Assembly (NCBI RefSeq): GCF_964204645.1
Contig: NC_134027.1
Coordinates: 21,786,560 to 21,850,559 of the forward strand
DNA from: Tubulanus polymorphus
Lineage: Eukaryota; Animalia; Nemertea
Length of the DNA: 64,000 nt
Reading direction: 5' to 3'
The notes beneath the pieces are model-generated. The model did not search any database, was not told where the DNA came from, and saw nothing but the letters and a program-made list of their open reading frames with translations. The stretch's first letter is position 1. Every line of letters starts with the position of its first letter. Below are positions 25,529 through 38,729 of this stretch, piece by piece. The position numbers were made by a program, and so were the translations under genes.

Positions 25529-26134
25529 TCTACACCTAGCCCAGCCACTGGATCCATATTTGCATCAGGTTTTTTTTGAGTTGAAGTTGTTAAGTGGCTA
25601 AATGCTATGAAATAGATAAAGTATTGGGGATTACCTTATCACTAATCACGGACCCCTTCAAAGAGTCGGCGCTCACCCACTACTTATTGATAGGCATAGA
25701 AAAATAAATAAAGAGTATAGACTTTGCACTGTATGTTTCATTCTTTCGAGTTTCATTTTATAATGGTATGCTCTAGATGGGAGAATCTGTGGGATGAACT
25801 ATTCAACGATATTAGTGAAATATTCCCCAACATTAGAAGTCTCGACAAGAGAGATAGATACTTATTTCTTCCCATCACCGAAAAATGATGGTAAATATAT
25901 AGACCATGGGTTTAAGGCCTTGAATGCCTAATTCCGTATCCACCTTCTACGTGTAAATATTGAATTTGGTAACCTGCATTAATGTTAATTTCTCTCTTTC
26001 GTTATTATTCTATGTACAAATTTTATACATCATCTTTTCTATGTAAAAATTTCTCACGATCGTCTAAGATTTTATGATGAGAATAAACATTGAATTGAAT
26101 TGAATTGAATTACAACACGGTGTAACCGATCTGC

Positions 26135-26678
26135 AACATCTATTACAGCTGTCCTTGTAACTCACCACAACTATAGAACATATCATGAGCTACGATTTTG
26201 CAAATGATTGCAGTAATATGCCTATACCATGGAAATATTCTGCTATTCAACGCCCCCTGGTGACCATACACAAAAAGGTGACCTGGACATAGAACATGTG
26301 ATGACCTACAATTTTGCAATTTATTGTTGCTACAAAATATACATGTACCAAAATAAATGGACAAATTGTATTTTTGCACCTACAAAATGATCAGGACTGT
26401 AATAAGAATGCCAAATGCGAGATAAAAAGATCGCAAATCCCCTCTGATATGCCTAAGATCTCATGACAAATTTCAAACCCACCCTGGTTTTTGGGCAGAA
26501 GATGTGTCTAGGGTAGATACATGTATAAGCCAAAGATCAAGACAATCCGATGAAGTGTATTCAAAACTTCCCAAAATAACTGGATTTCATCTACGGACAG
26601 TTGAACGGACGGAGTGGGCGACGGGCGAAAAGTGAACGCAATAGCTCGCTGGGACTTAGGTCCCAAGTGGGCTAAAAA
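26135..26678 (+). mobile_element. Helentron-associated (HINE-like) element, partial copy
   Basis: Shares the core unit (ctattcaacgccccctggtgaccata), GGAC-type microsatellite and 3' stem-loop with 49125-50487. Confidence 0.65.
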
Positions 26679-26910
26679 TGGCGGTTTATTCGTGGGGAGA
26701 CTTTCATGGATCATCTTTCGATGATTTTTCGTATTGATGAAATTCGAGAAATATACTTAAAGTGTTGATAATTGAAGACTCGGCTCGGCGGTCGTCGCCC
26801 GTTTCTATACACACGAACCCCTAAATGCAACGATTCATCGGATATAACAAATACAGAATTTCGTCCAAAGTAAAATAACTTAATCAATTTCACACTTAAT
26901 CAATTTCACA

Positions 26911-27560
26911 CTGGACGTATCGGCCCCACTCCGCGCGGTTGCGCCACCGCGCGGGATTTACGCGAAGCAGCAGAACACAAACACGGCCACTCTCTCAATT
27001 TTCAATGATAGAAATCGTGTGTGCATTTCAATTATTTCGTTTTAAGGCCCAATATAAGTTGATGATGTGATATGGCGATGTTAATTAATGATAATTCCGC
27101 AGTGAAGCTAGTCACGAACGGTTCCGATTGATTGTACAGCTGCCAAAAACACAGTTGCGTAACTATTTGCAGTGAATTGCAGACGAAACATGAAGCCTTA
27201 ACGGCCGCTTAAAAAAGAATTATACCAATCGCAATTGTGAAATAAAAATGAGATAGAACGTAAGTTAAAATTCTGGCCATTTCTAAAATGTTATTAATTA
27301 TTATTACTAATTTTTAGTCAGTGCGGAACGTTTAGTTTTCCAACAATAATGAAGGGTGATAGGTAGTCATGCAATTCAAGTCATCATTTATTACACGTTA
27401 CTTCCGTGTTGTTGAAAATCTCGCGAGTCCTGGACTAAACTCCAATGAACAATGTGATCTGTGTGCTGGCCACAAATGCACACAGATCACACTACACTAC
27501 CCATTACACACTCCAGTACGCACAGCTTTCATATATCCATCCAAATATTTAGTGGCTTTC
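26911..27560 (-). mobile_element. Helitron-like non-autonomous element end
   Basis: Inverted homology to ~47230-47655. Minus strand ends in GC hairpin ccgcgcggt/accgcgcgg followed by ...acgtccag|t. Confidence 0.5.
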
Positions 27561-29144
27561 TTCCTGGGTGTAACGAACTATCGGTTATAACGAACCTATT
27601 TTTCTGGTCCCGTGAAGTTCGTTGTAACGAGGTTCCACTGTAGTTTGTATAGCCCATCCCGCAACAGTGACCAGAACTGCATTCAGCCTGCAACGCCATT
27701 AAACATTGTAGGGTGCATTTATTACTTCCGCCCAGATACAGTTCTTTAACAGTTCTATTTTGACACCGAAACACGTGATATGTAATTTTGATCGATTCAG
27801 GCATTAAAAAACCTGAAAAGAGAAAATCTATTCGTCGGTGCGGTCGTACCGGATGTAATGGTTTGAGATGCGTGTCTCGGCCAAATCTGACACGATGGAC
27901 AAAATGACATGTCGCATGATTTCATTTTTTTACGTTGGTCGATACTGGCATAACTTTTGTATGATTTTTATGAAAAAGATACTGGGTATCTCAGAAAATC
28001 CATTAAACAAGCTTTAAGATTACTAATTCATTAGCTATTATTGTGATTTTTTAGGTGGGTCGTATAAGGTTGGTAGACTAGGATGTTGAAATGCAATGAT
28101 ACGGCAAGCACAGCCGAGCATTATAAGCGTGTTTTTGAATAGCCATTAAAACGGAATCGAACAAAAAAACAAGAAACAAGGACCATGGTGTACGATATGA
28201 CCAGCTTCTCGGCAGCACTTGACGGGTTAGATTCTATAGCGTAGTTGGTCCCAGATATCAATTATATTTCACAATTATTATTAATTTCAAAATTATCATC
28301 TTTTTCATGTATCTTCACGCATTTATGATTTAAACATATAATACATTCTTGTTCGTTCTTGTCATAAACTGGAGACAGTGTGCGTTTTGCTTGAGTGAGC
28401 ATCGACTTGATGGCGATAGTGTTGGTTACTGTTTGTACAATAATTTGACATCTGTTTCTGAGCAGTAATTTTCTTTGAGAATATGTCAGACATGTCTTAA
28501 ACATGTCTAGTTTACATAAGATATATATATGGCTTCTAGAATTAAGGGAGGGCAGTCAGAGATTTTGTTAGCTTTAGTTGAAATAATTTACGGTTTCATC
28601 AGAGTTGAAGCTTCGCTGTCTAATTTATCGAGGACCTAGAGCTGGAGGTCGCGGGTCATCAACGGAATCTGCGACACGTTTTATTCGCGCGGAAAAACGA
28701 GCTAGTTCCCAAACGACGAGTAGAAATACGAGTTGCTACAATTCCTCACAGCTCAGAAATTTTACCGCGCAATAAATTCGTGTATGATGAATTGTTGAAT
28801 CATTTTGAATATATCTCAACAGAATTTCATCGCCCTAATTCTTGATTTTCTGAATTTAATAGCCACCAAGCGAAACGATGTCAGATATTGTGAGACCAGT
28901 AAAAGTAAACTACATTCTACGATACGATGATAAGTATTCTATAACTCTTTGTCAATGGTAGAACGAAGTCAATTTCACCAGACACACAAAAATATGTTTA
29001 AATTTAATCTTGGACGTTTTGCAGAATTCAATGGGAGGTACATTAACATTGGCGAATACAATAGTGTTGACTTAAGTTTGTAGAATCACAAAGTATTAAG
29101 CTATTGATGCGTATAACTCGTTGCTATTATACGGTGTGGACTAT

Positions 29145-30188
29145 ATGGCAGTCAACGGTACGAGCGATTTTGATTGCTCTCAGAAAATAAGATGGGACTA
29201 TCAGTTCAGTGTTTACATCTATATGACAGGAATGGGTACCATCACTGTTTGTGGCATTCTGTTGAGCATAATGACTATTATCATAATACGCAGACTACGC
29301 AATAGTTGCTATCATACAATTTGTCTCTTAGCGGTTTCGGATTTTGTGTTTAGTTTATCAGCTTTCATCATGTATCCGCTGAGAACGTATTTTATCTACG
29401 GTAATCTGGGAGACTTGGTTTTTCGTTTTGATGACTGGTTGTTTGGTTGGTGGTTCATTATTGTAGCCTTCATCGGTTTTTACCCCTCTCAGTTTGTCAG
29501 AAACTGGCTCGTTGTTGTTGTGAGTTTAGAACGAATTATAGTCATAATTTTCCCGCTGAAGTATAATCATTTCTGGAGACCGCGAACTATTAATTCAGTC
29601 TGCTTCTCGCTGTTGTTCTTGGCAATTCTGTTTTACTACGATTTCGTGATACCTCGCAAGCTACCAGGATTAACGAGATGGCCCTGTCTTAAATCAGGCC
29701 AGTACACTTATACAGTCTACTGGCCAGAGTATACAGACAGAACTCTTATTCTTTCAGGATACCGCCACATATTGGAAGATTTTTCTACCCACAACAGTCG
29801 AATATCGTTTGGAATTGTTTATCTACCGATCACATTTCTATTAGTCGTAAACACTGTTCTTTTTACTCTTTATACTTGGACTAGAAAACGCCGTAAATCA
29901 CTAATAGGTGGCTCTTCTGCTCGTGGTAAAGATGCAGGAATATTGAAGATGGTATCAGCACTTGTTTTGACTTATATCGTCTGTGAATTTCCGGGTTGTT
30001 TGGATCGAATGGATTTAGACATTTTCACTGGATCTAGCAACATGATTGTGAGGAAAGTGTCGCTGTTGATGTCAATGTTTGATTCTTGTGCTAATTTCAG
30101 TATTTATTGTTTTACAAATAGGAAATTCCGTTCAGAGGCCGCTAAAATCGTCACAAGGATCAAATGCTGGTCACGCAAAACGTCTTAG
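29145..30188 (+). CDS. Rhodopsin-class GPCR (FMRFamide-receptor-like), intact and intronless
   Basis: Seven TM segments with LAVSD, SLER, CEFP and DSCANFSIYCFTNRKFR motifs; N-terminal NGT sequon. Confidence 0.9.
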   Translation: MAVNGTSDFDCSQKIRWDYQFSVYIYMTGMGTITVCGILLSIMTIIIIRRLRNSCYHTICLLAVSDFVFSLSAFIMYPLRTYFIYGNLGDLVFRFDDWLFGWWFIIVAFIGFYPSQFVRNWLVVVVSLERIIVIIFPLKYNHFWRPRTINSVCFSLLFLAILFYYDFVIPRKLPGLTRWPCLKSGQYTYTVYWPEYTDRTLILSGYRHILEDFSTHNSRISFGIVYLPITFLLVVNTVLFTLYTWTRKRRKSLIGGSSARGKDAGILKMVSALVLTYIVCEFPGCLDRMDLDIFTGSSNMIVRKVSLLMSMFDSCANFSIYCFTNRKFRSEAAKIVTRIKCWSRKTS

Positions 30189-30444
30189 AAATACGATAAT
30201 ATTATAGTCGCTGAAACAAATCGTGACATAAAATTCTATTGTACCCGATACAAAATACAAGTTAAAATTTACACATGACGTGTATGACAATTGTTTTATT
30301 GTCTGAAATTGAGACCGCCTCGCAGAATCACTCTGCGGATTGTACCGGCCTCTGCGTTGATGAACAACGCATTGTATTCAAATAAAAAGATATAAAAATT
30401 TCAAATAACCCCAGAAAATAAACCCACAAATTATCACATTTACC

Positions 30445-30765
30445 AGGTTCGTTAGTTTTGGACTCAATTCCACAATTCTGGATCCAGTTCAACAGTTTCG
30501 CAGTTTTGGATCATCCAGTTCCACAGTCCTGAACCCAGTTTCACAGTTCTGGATCCAGTTCCACAGTTCAAAAGTCAGTTCCACAGTTGGACCATGTTCC
30601 ATAATTTTCGATCCAGTACCACAGTTCTGGATCCTGTTCCACACATTCTGGATCCAGATCCATATGAGGTCTGGACCGAGTTCCACAGTTCTAGATGCAG
30701 ATCCACGTGAGTTCCGAATCCAGTTCCACTGTTCTAAATCCAGTTCCACAGTTCTAGATCCAGTA
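30445..30765 (+). repeat. ~20-bp minisatellite (ccagttccacagttctggat)n
   Basis: About 15 degenerate tandem units that match the TIR of the 110-bp MITE family. Confidence 0.85.
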
Positions 30766-30799
30766 CTGCTGGTGATGATGAAAAATTATGTATTTTGTT

Positions 30800-31130
30800 T
30801 GGTCGACGTGTGGAGTTAGTTAATTGGCTAATAGCCGATCGTATCGGAAGTTGAGGTGGTTATATTTTAGTTTTTTGCCTAGACTTTTTGTGAGTATAAG
30901 GAGATAGTGCCATAAGCAAATAGCATACGCGTTTGTTCTTGCGAATATAATTGATGTAGATTTTTAAAAAATGAAGAGGGCCGAGAATCGAGCCTTGGGG
31001 TACGCCTATGTTAGAGAAAGGTGGAGAAGAAACAGTTTCTTTTTGAAATATGGTCAGATAGATAAGAAGAGACCCATTATAATTCTACTAGTGCTAATCC
31101 ATAGTTTTTGAGTTTAGAAAGTAAAATATT
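30800..31130 (-). mobile_element. Decayed CR1/L2-group LINE RT fragment
   Basis: Minus strand encodes NIGVPQGSILGPLHF...IYIN...MLFA, with frameshifts. Confidence 0.7.
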
Positions 31131-31409
31131 GTGATTGTAAAAAAGTAGAGAATATTGTACATCATGTTTAAATGATATATATCGTGTTTACAAATACAGC
31201 CAAGAGCATGCGCACTACGAACAAAATGGCGGTTACTTCTTGTGTTAACGTGTGCTGAATGAAAAGATATAACAACAAATCAGAAATGTACGCATATATA
31301 AATAAATAAATTTTCAATTTTACTTGGCCGTGGATTTTGGCAGGGGTGGGTTCAGATGGCAGCACAAGGAGAACGATCTTCCGTCATAATTTTCATGTGT
31401 GCTCTTGAG

Positions 31410-31559
31410 TATGGTGGCTGATTCGGGACATGTAAATTTTTTTTTTCGTCCTCCACGAAAACGCGCAAAAATATATAATCCGCAGATATAATCCGTTTTT
31501 GCGCGTTTTCGTGGAGGACGAAAAAAAAGAATTTTACATGTCCCGAATCAACCACCATA
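31410..31559. mobile_element. Foldback element with TATGG termini
   Basis: ~60-bp near-perfect inverted arms tatggtgg...ccaccata flanked by direct cttgag repeats (31404-31409, 31560-31565). Confidence 0.75.
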
Positions 31560-32735
31560 CTTGAGGCAATTTTTCTTTTTAGATTTCTCTTCAATCTCGC
31601 TGAGGCGTGCCTGGCGAATCATCTAGGCCTACGGAAAGGTTACTGGCCCAGACATTTCTTTCCATTGAAAATAATTGCAGCTTGATTGTTCAACAAATTA
31701 CTGGTTACGTGATGCTCCCTGCCGTATTTAGCAGACCGCGTTTCAAACTAAACCAACCCTTTTTATCAGTTCATCACGATTAGTTTTTGAGATTTCAAAA
31801 AGAGGTTGCCGGGTTATGCTTTCCTCGTTTGTTGAATCAGTTACAAAACCGCTTATAGGTATTGGCAACTTTCTTCGGGGGCGATTTCAGGGAATTTTTG
31901 GGCTTTTAACTTCATCGTCGGCGATATGTGACGTGGGGCCTGGGTCGGGCCCTGCTAGGCAGGTAGTAAGGCGTTGAGATAAAATATAAGCAATAAGCAG
32001 AATGATAAGCAGAGCCCTCCGCTCTCATGATATGTGTGATCACATGTAAATTTTTCTTTCGATCCTGGAACAGCGACTAGAACGCCTCTCGTTCCAATGT
32101 ACAATGATTTGGGCACCGTCAAATAAATTCATTTCTCCAAACACGTTATTTCATTTCCAATGGAGCCTATCGCAGTCATACGTTGCACCTTGATTATACA
32201 TGGAGTTAGTCGATGTGGTTTTCGATGATCGTCGATGTTACCCGAACAGAATATTCAGCCACAATACACGCTGTAATTATCACTTTCGCGCAGCACCTAT
32301 GAATCAATGCAGGAAAAATATCCGAACAAAATAGCGGTTTAAAACTGAAAAACGTTTTATTGCTAAATGATACACAATGAATATACAGTACGATGATATC
32401 ACATATTTTCTGCCGGAAAAATTAGAAATGCTCATCTCTTACATCCCCTCTCGTTACCTCTCTCCCTCTCCGCACAGCTCTTACCCACATCTCTCCCCTC
32501 TCTATGTAATCGGCTTTTATTTCGTTAACTTAATTAGTAGTAAGTAAGGTTTACAACTTTTATGTTTCGTACACTCTTGCCGAAATTGGAAACATTAAAC
32601 ATAGGAAACATGGAATTATTTGTAGCATGCAATTCATGTCTGTATCTATTGACGACAACCTAATTCTCGCGTCCAAACTGGTTATTTCCACATCGGACCT
32701 TTGTACAGTTACTAATTAGAGATACAAACCAGGAA

Positions 32736-32904
32736 AATAAGATAAAATCCCACTATTTACTGATTAAAAGAATTTAAAAACCAGAATTTATTCATTCAAT
32801 CTAAAATATATAAAAGACACGACGTTTCGATCTCACCCTAGAGATCATAGTCAGGTGACGATATCTTATTATCCGTTCACCACGTTTGAGTGTGGTTATC
32901 GTTC
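32736..32904 (-). mobile_element. PLE-type insertion (same family as 5244 and 9718); hammerhead core mutated
   Basis: TSD tacaaaccaggaa (32723-32735, 32905-32917); core reads CTGACTA instead of CTGACGA; inverted tail fragment. Confidence 0.75.
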
Positions 32905-33324
32905 TACAAACCAGGAACTTTGGAAATTCCTTTCGAAACCAGTCTTGCTTTGTGCTTCTAAATACATATAGGAACTCGTACAATCAAATCATAAGTCTAA
33001 TGGGTCAGTTATAAGAGGGTTATTAATTTAAAATTGTCAAAATAGTGCGCTTTTCAGTGGTTTTATTTGTACCGTAAAACTGATAAGAAGTTCCATAATT
33101 CCGACACAGATATGATATGATAAGAGCGACACAGATATGATTGAACTCGATCGTTTTTTTAAAATATATATCACCACCTGGAAATATCACATGACACTTA
33201 AACGCCCACCAAGTTCCATAGTGTTCATTTCTGGTGTTAATCATGGCGTCTAGACATACATATCCATTCGAGTTCGCAGTGACATTTAAAGACCGCAAGG
33301 TTCTCATCTATTCAGATCAGCAGA

Positions 33325-35760
33325 ATGAGAAAAGAACGATTAAGAATTTTCTATCATCCGTTGTGCGATTTGCAATGCGATCAGATAAGTGTTAACGGCG
33401 ATCTATTAGATTTGCCTGTGACGATGTGGACTGAGGAGTTGGAGGCCGTTATTGAACGAAAACTAAAATCCATATATACTGGACAAAAAATGGCCGTGCA
33501 AATGATGCTGTTCGACGAGGTAAGAATCTATTATTTTCATCTTCAGTTACATCATCATCCGCATGTAATAGATACCGGAGAATGAGCGCTGCGAGGCGAG
33601 AGTAAAATAAAAGCGTTTTCTATTTCAGGTGAAATTAGAATGGACAGAAGCGCCCCCTGGTATTGAGGTACCGGATAGACCCACTACATTCAATCACCAT
33701 CCGAAAATTCAAGTGTTCACTGTGAAATGTAAAGACGAAGAAACAGCAAAAAGCTATAAATCAAGCCTTGAAAGGTCTCACCAATCGCTTGAGGGTCTCA
33801 ATGTGATCGGTACCGGTCGAGACAGAACATACTCGTGTAAAGTGAACGCAGGAGTACCGATCACTGTACCCCCGACTGTAGTTACTACTGAACAACAACT
33901 TAATGTATTTGACTTAAAACTGAACAAACTCATCGAGGATGTCTTCGGGAGAATTGATGAAATTGAGAGATCTTCTGATTACGTCATCGATTCATTGATG
34001 ATCAGGAAAGTTGTTCAGACAAATTTCGACCCGGACCTCGTGAAGTCATTACCACCTACAGATGAGCAGGCGGATGGACAGCTACATTTGATATGCGCAC
34101 AATGGGACTGCAGTGATGACGCTTACATGCGTTACATAGATGATAATATTGTGAAGAAAAGATACATAAAGTGTGATGGTGATGAGGTACAAGGACTCGA
34201 TACTGATATTTACGGATATCTGTATATACTCGTGTTGAAAAAGACCAAATTGTACGTTTGCTAGAAAACCCCGTAAACAGTTTGATCGATAGAAATCGAT
34301 TGAAGAAATATGAGCTTCCGGATGGAGATTACAATTATACCAACTGTTTCGATATCGACTTCCAGGGACGGATGTTTATATACTGTGACCGTACAGACAA
34401 ATTACTATATCTAACACCTGAAGCGGAAGTCATCAGTTTTATCCCTATGAAAGACTGTGACCTAGCATTTGCTCCAGATGCGGGTTACCCGTGTGTTCTT
34501 AGTGATGAATACGTTCTGCTATCGGTTCCTAAGGATGACATGGGAACTGTGATTAGTATTAGATATAACGGTCGTGGTTTTATAGATGACCCGCGTGTGG
34601 TACTGAGCTCTACAGACAGTTCGACTAATCAGATACATCAAGTGTGTGACAGTAACACTGTAGTTATCCGTCACCGGGATATCAGTAATAAACATGGCTC
34701 ACTGAGAGTGTACAATGTAAAAACCGATTCTGCTCTTACGGCGATGAAAAAATACATCAAACAGAGATTCGATAAAGTAGAGAGATCTATTGATGATGTC
34801 ATGGAGAGAATTGATAAATTAGAGAGATTTAATGATGTCATCATGGGGAGAATTGATGAAGTGGAAAGACATTCTGGTGACGTCATTGATTCACTAACGA
34901 TCGGTAAACAGGTCAAGACAGAGTTCATACCCAATCTACTGACGTCATTACCGAGTAAGCAGACGGCTCGACAGTCGCGTATAATATGCGTTGAGTGGGG
35001 ATTCGGTGGTATATATTACATGGATGATAATGTTATGAAGAAATACATAGAGTGTGATAATGGTCATGTGCAAGGACTCGATACTGATAGTAATGGGTTT
35101 CTCTATGTGCTCATGAAGAAGAACGAGAAATACTACCTGAGTAAATATGAAGGAAATTAAAAAGTGATGGAAGAAGTAATCACTGATATCGTGTCTGGAT
35201 GCGGAACCCTACTAATCCGTGGTCGCAATATCTACGTACAGTCACTAGGAAGAGACGTTAGTGTTTTACGTTTATTAGAAAACCCCGTAGACGGTTTGAT
35301 CGATAGAAAGCAAGTGGGGAAATATCAGCTGCCGGATGGACTTTACTTTTCTATCAACTGTTTAGATATTGACTCACACGGACGACAGTTTGTTTACTGT
35401 CGCGGGACACATAGATTATTGTATTTATCATCAGAAGCGGAAATCATCAGCTTTATCAATACGAAGGATTGTGGACTAACAATTGATCCAGAGTGGGGAT
35501 ACCCATGCGTTATCAGAGATAAACATGTATTACTATCGGTTATATCTAAGACTGGTAGAGGAGCTATCATGATAAGTATCAAATATAATAGTCAAGGGTT
35601 TATAGATCACCCTAGTATAGTACTGAAATCTACAGACAGTGAGATATATCAGACACATCAAGTGTGTGACAGTAACACTGTAGTTACCTGTCACTGTGAT
35701 AACAGCAATAAACCGTACGCACTGAAAGTTTACAATATAAACACTGTACCCGCTCAGTGA
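33325..35760 (+). pseudogene. Disrupted gene with two tandem [coiled-coil + probable NHL/beta-propeller] modules
   Basis: Exon 33325-33519 splices in phase 0 to 33629. Internal duplication (GRIDE.ER.S..VIDSL..., VQGLDTD..G.LY, LLENPV..LIDR, HQVCDSNTVV). Frameshifting deletion at ~34250 and in-frame TAA at 35158-35160. Confidence 0.7.
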
Positions 35761-36556
35761 CAGTTATGTAATCTGCTCCTACTCAATAGGTTCTGGTGCC
35801 CCTCAATGGCTTCGGAAAAATACACATGGTACGTGAATTATTACTTAGTGTAATGATGAGGTCCTTGTGCCACCAGCTATCCTAGACGTCGAGCACTCGG
35901 GCAAAATTTAGTTCATTTCAATGAACTTTCATCTAACCTTTTGCCCAGAATAGAAATTAGCAAGATCACTAATCTCTTGAAAAATAAGAATCGTCTGTAA
36001 GGTTCATATATCGTAATTTTCATTAATCATTTATAGTTTCAAAAATAATGGATCGATTTTATTCATTATCATTATTATTTTTATTACTATTATTATTATC
36101 ATAATCATTATTATCATCATCATTATAATTGAAACTGTAAAATGATCTAGAAATAGTTATTGAAGTCTGTTGCAACAATGATATGGTGATGTTATCAAAA
36201 GTTATCAACCCCCATCATCGTATCCTGGGAGAAACACTATAGAATAGGATCAAAGCTGTGGGTAGTTGGGTGTTGAATTGGGTAGTGTATAGTGTGATCT
36301 ATGTGCATTTGTGGCCAGCACACAGATCACAACGATCAAAGTTAGTGTAGTTAATACGTCCAGGGATAGGCAACATGTGAAATGAGGTAATGGATTTTTG
36401 AAGAAGAGAAGGGAAGCAATCATTGGAAGATGTTGTTAGAAAATAACAAGTGTCCGTAGTCGATGATGGAATATCGTATGGTAGTAATGACGAGGTCAAA
36501 ATACATAGCTGTAGGCGTAACTAGCGTGGTACTAGGTATTAATGGGAGAAACACAC

Positions 36557-36837
36557 TGTAGTGTTGTGTATATTACCACAATAAACTACGTTATAGCGAT
36601 CCTGAAATTTGATTGAAGACAAACCAATGAATATGTAGTTGATATCTTTATTCAACGAGAGCATGAGCAGGAATGACAAGTTTTCAAGAAGTATTAAGTA
36701 AGAAATGTGATTATGCAATAATTAATTATCATATGAAAATTAAGAATTAGAAAATATGATTATGAAATAATTATAATAACAGTTTCGTATTTCAGCAATG
36801 AAGATAACCAATAATAATAATAATGATAATAATAATG

Positions 36838-36890
<53 letters not shown>

Positions 36891-37804
36891 TATTATTATT
36901 ATTATTCTAGTACGATTATAAATATTTACATGACACTAGTGTTTAGATTGGTACTATAGATATGCGCTTTAATCATTTATATTTCCCTTTTCAATTAATT
37001 CTATAAATTTCTATATATCTATATTCATTATTCTAGATAGTAGATAATCTTGTTATTTTATATAGATTACACTAATAAAGATTAAGCTAATTTAGATAGC
37101 TAGCTTTGACAGAAGATCGGGAAGGATATTGTGTGAAAATAATTGTTTCTCAAATCTAATGGAAACTAGCTAAAAGCTAATTGAAAGTCTGAGATTAGAA
37201 TTTAAAATCTAATATAAATCCTAGAATAATTATTATTAAGAAAAGGCCTAAAGAGTCTAAAAATATAGCAGAATCTGAGTATGGCTTACCTGAAATTTGA
37301 TTGAAGACAAACCAATGAATATGTAGTTGATATCTTTATTCAACGAGAGCATGAGCAGGAATGACCAAGCCAGGCCTGAGCTGGACATCCTTGACTCAAG
37401 CTCCACCCCAAACAAGCTCGGGGTCGGGGGCACATATCATTGGCTGATTAGCCACCAGACTCACAAATCTGACAGCTGACCTCGGTAAACAACACTCAAC
37501 AAACAGGGAGCGAGGGATTTAATTATTGATTGTCTTCAAAGTCAGGCTTGGTTAATCTTTAGATTTTTAGAGACGAATGGCATGTAAACATCCTGACACT
37601 AAACCCATAACAAAGGCGTGTCTGCCATATTGCATAAAGATATTAATAGAATTTGGAATAAAACTAAATTTGGAGACTAAAAAAATGAATTTGATTTGAG
37701 AATGAATATGATATTTGTAATCTTTAGATTTTGCAGAATATTTCTATATCTATTGTGACACTATTTCGATAAAGAAGAATTTTGAAAAAAAGCAGAACAC
37801 TATA
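36557..37804 (-). repeat. 3' LTR
   Basis: Direct repeat of 44244-45476; termini tgtagtgtt / aacactata. Confidence 0.95.
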
Positions 37805-38019
37805 TCCTCCCCTACTACGTAAAGACTTTCGTCCGCGAAAGTTTATAAAAACACATGCGAATAACACAGTGTACGAAATACAGTAAACAATAAAACACTG
37901 TAAGACTCCGAAAAAAAACGAAGTATAAACCAGGCAGTATATACGTACACGAAATAATTGCTGTAGCCAGCCGAATGAAAAAAAAAACAATGTTTATACA
38001 TTACACAATTTGATAAGTG

Positions 38020-38544
38020 CTATATATTGCGCGAGAAAACAACCACAAGGGTGACTGCCATAATTGGAATGTACAAGATATTAGTTGCGTTAGCCTCCCA
38101 AGTCAGTTATACCATTTCATGTTCTGTCCCATCTTTGCTTAATGAAGAAGTAATGTTTGAGTTAACCCATATTTTGCGACGAATTGTCTCTACGTCGAGA
38201 CGTGATGTGGGCAGTACAATAGCTCTATGTTGGTGGTAATTAGCAAAGTTTGCCAACAAAGTGTGGGGGATAAGTCAAAATATAGTAATGGAAGACTCAC
38301 ACCAACGGTGGAAGTAGATAGTTCAATGACTAAAGTAGCATGAGATTTTGTACACGTGCAGCCATGGCAGTCTTGAAATTCTGGCCAATTCGTCGGTTTT
38401 TGTTAGTCGATGTTCCAAGCTGAGGAGTCAACACTCTTCGCCTTGGCCAACATCTCCTAGTTCACGCGGTGCGACTCCATAATTAATAGGCTGCTCGAAG
38501 GTTACTCCAAATCCAATTGTCATAAAGGGTACGAACCAGAACAT
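38020..38544 (-). pseudogene. Possible env-like ORF remnant
   Basis: Lies between the pol stop and the PPT. Stop-interrupted QPINYGVA...E.C*LLSL near the start and a hydrophobic ILYIPIMAVTLVVVFS at the end. Confidence 0.35.
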
Positions 38545-38729
38545 CAGTTGGAAACTTGGGAACGATAAGAAAGAAACTCGGGATCAGGAAGCGAAAGAAT
38601 GGTTGATCAGACCAAATAGCACAGTGAGCCACTGAAACCGAAAGTCAATCTCACCAGAATGGCAACCGAAAGAAAAGGAATGGGTTCATAGCATTATGAC
38701 GAGGGGTAAGGGCGCTGTCTAACAGAAAC

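Noticed and set aside
30445-30765. CRISPR-like array (also 45990-46720 and 49290-49870)
   Set aside because: Units are contiguous degenerate tandem repeats without unique spacers; no cas genes; eukaryotic context.
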